59,333 nucleotides of DNA, taken from the NCBI GenBank assembly GCA_046075745.1, contig JBJTQT010000131.1:1-59333 (forward strand). Direction: 5' to 3'. Origin of the DNA: Cyanobium sp. (GTDB taxonomy: Bacteria; Cyanobacteriota; Cyanobacteriia; PCC-6307; Cyanobiaceae). Shown piece by piece: positions 57,460-59,333 of this stretch; the stretch's first letter is position 1; the number at the start of each line of letters is the position of its first letter. The notes under the pieces are model-generated. The model saw nothing but the letters and a program-made list of their open reading frames with translations, had not been told where the DNA came from and searched no databases. The position numbers were made by a program, and so were the translations under genes.

Positions 57460-59333
57460 ATGCCCTTCCAGCTCCAGGCTCCCTACACCCCCCAGGGGGA
57501 CCAGCCCACGGCCATTGAGGCCTTGGTGCGGGGTGTGGATGGTGGGGAGCGGTTTCAGACCCTCCTGGGAGCCACCGGCACCGGCAAGACCTTCACGATC
57601 GCCAACGTGATCGCCCGCACCGGCAGGCCTGCCCTGGTGCTTGCCCATAACAAGACCCTGGCAGCCCAGCTTTGCAATGAGCTGCGGGAGTTCTTTCCAA
57701 ATAACGCGGTTGAATATTTCATTTCTTACTACGATTATTATCAGCCTGAGGCCTATGTGCCGGTCTCGGATACCTACATCGCCAAGACCGCATCGATCAA
57801 TGAAGAGATCGATATGTTGAGGCATTCGGCCACCCGATCCCTGTTTGAGCGCCGCGATGTGATTGTTGTGGCTTCAATCAGTTGTATTTATGGCTTGGGC
57901 ATTCCTTCTGAATACTTGAAAGCCGCTGTGAAGTTCGAGGTGGGAGCCACCTTGAATCTGCGGGCTTCTCTGCGGGAGCTGGTGAACAATCAATACTCCC
58001 GCAATGATCTGGAAATTAACCGCGGACGTTTCCGTGTGCGGGGGGACGTACTTGAAATCGGCCCCGCCTATGAAGATCGACTGGTGCGGGTGGAGTTGTT
58101 CGGCGATGAGGTGGAGGCCATCCGCTATGTGGATCCCACCACGGGTGAGATTCTGCAAAGCCTGGAGAGCATCAACATCTACCCAGCCAAGCACTTCGTC
58201 ACCCCGAAGGAGCGACTGCAGGCGGCCATCCAGGCGATCCGCCTGGAGCTCGCTGAGCGGCTGGAGCAGCTGCACAGCCAGGGGCGACTCCTAGAGGCCC
58301 AGCGGCTGGAGCAACGCACGGCCTATGACCTGGAGATGCTGGAGCAGGTGGGTTACTGCAACGGGGTGGAGAACTATGCGCGTCATCTGGCTGGACGGCA
58401 GGCCGGCTTCCCCCCCGAGTGCCTGATCGATTATTTCCCCAAGGACTGGTTGCTGGTGGTGGATGAGAGCCATGTCACCTGCAGCCAGCTGCAGGCCATG
58501 TACAACGGCGATCAGAGCCGCAAGCAGGTGCTCATCGAGCATGGATTTCGGCTGCCTAGCGCTGCAGACAACCGGCCCCTGAAGGGGGAGGAGTTCTGGC
58601 AGAAGGCCAATCAGACGATTTTCGTGAGCGCCACTCCCGGCTCCTGGGAGCTGGCCCAGAGCGGTACCGAGGTGGTGGAGCAGGTGATCCGCCCCACCGG
58701 AGTGCTCGATCCCATCGTGGAGGTGCGCCCGACGGAAGGGCAGGTGGATGACCTTCTCGGTGAGATCCGGATCAGGGCAGCCAAGCAGGAGCGGGTGCTG
58801 GTGACCACCCTCACCAAACGGATGGCGGAAGACCTCACGGATTATCTGGCCGAGCATGGCGTGCGGGTGCGCTACCTGCACTCCGAGATTCATTCCATCG
58901 AGCGGATCGAGATCATCCAGGACCTGCGCAACGGTGAATATGACATCCTCGTGGGCGTCAACCTGCTGCGGGAGGGGCTCGACCTGCCGGAGGTGTCGCT
59001 TGTGGCGATCCTCGATGCCGACAAGGAGGGCTTCCTGCGGGCGGAACGCTCGCTGATCCAGACCATCGGCCGCGCCGCCCGCCACATCGAGGGGGTGGCC
59101 CTGCTCTACGCCGACAACCTCACCGATTCGATGGCCAAGGCCATCTCCGAAACCGAACGGCGCCGCGCCATCCAGCACGCCTACAACCAGAAGCACGGCA
59201 TCACGCCCACCCCCGCCGGCAAGCGGGCCGGCAATTCGATCCTGGCGTTCCTGGAGGTGTCGCGCCGGCTCAACGATGAGCAGCTGGAGCAGGCGACCGA
59301 GCAGGCGGAGCACAACGAAGTGCCGCTTGATTC
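57460..59333 (+). CDS. uvrB: Excinuclease ABC subunit B, runs off the window
   Basis: Manual translation: [19 protein letters not shown]...[10 protein letters not shown]...[10 protein letters not shown]...[14 protein letters not shown]...DESH...GFRLPSA...QTIGRAAR. Not in the ORF track. Confidence 0.97.
   Translation, partial: MPFQLQAPYTPQGDQPTAIEALVRGVDGGERFQTLLGATGTGKTFTIANVIARTGRPALVLAHNKTLAAQLCNELREFFPNNAVEYFISYYDYYQPEAYVPVSDTYIAKTASINEEIDMLRHSATRSLFERRDVIVVASISCIYGLGIPSEYLKAAVKFEVGATLNLRASLRELVNNQYSRNDLEINRGRFRVRGDVLEIGPAYEDRLVRVELFGDEVEAIRYVDPTTGEILQSLESINIYPAKHFVTPKERLQAAIQAIRLELAERLEQLHSQGRLLEAQRLEQRTAYDLEMLEQVGYCNGVENYARHLAGRQAGFPPECLIDYFPKDWLLVVDESHVTCSQLQAMYNGDQSRKQVLIEHGFRLPSAADNRPLKGEEFWQKANQTIFVSATPGSWELAQSGTEVVEQVIRPTGVLDPIVEVRPTEGQVDDLLGEIRIRAAKQERVLVTTLTKRMAEDLTDYLAEHGVRVRYLHSEIHSIERIEIIQDLRNGEYDILVGVNLLREGLDLPEVSLVAILDADKEGFLRAERSLIQTIGRAARHIEGVALLYADNLTDSMAKAISETERRRAIQHAYNQKHGITPTPAGKRAGNSILAFLEVSRRLNDEQLEQATEQAEHNEVPLD

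Noticed and set aside
1-59333. CRISPR arrays, rRNA, IS elements
   Set aside because: No regularly spaced repeats, rRNA-like sequence or transposase ORFs were seen.

Overview
GC-rich picocyanobacterial (Cyanobium/Synechococcus-like) core chromosome segment. It runs dusA (partial), HI0933 flavoprotein, pilC-pilT-pilB, grpE-dnaJ-tusA-like-rsgA, ybaB, murB-murC, gap2, thiL, cyclophilin, efp-accB, pdxA, SDR, HNH, SNF2 helicase, a cluster of small hypothetical genes plus VIT1, tRNA-Gly(CCC), aminotransferase, cbiD-guaA, mrdA, sqdB-sqdX, psb34, thiG, ycf37-like, rpmI-rplT, SpoIID, mgdA-like GT2, dnaX, LRAT, tig-clpP-clpX, asd-dapA-rnj, tilS, ycf23 and uvrB (partial). Two accessory insertions stand out: a toxin-antitoxin patch between gap2 and thiL (start-less MazF/PemK-like relic plus an intact HEPN-MNT pair) and a low-GC GT2 + RgpF-like polysaccharide islet next to dnaX. 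The best candidate for an undescribed system is at about 19.2-21.7 kb. There a perfect cyanobacterial LexA box (AGTACACTTGTACT) overlaps a near-consensus sigma70 promoter (TTGACA-17-TACACT) in front of an uncharacterised single-TM small protein. It is followed by an antisense HNH nuclease and a HARP-like SNF2 ATPase, suggesting a possible SOS module (division inhibitor plus ZRANB3/SMARCAL1-like fork remodelling). All calls come from motif recognition by eye; no searches were run.
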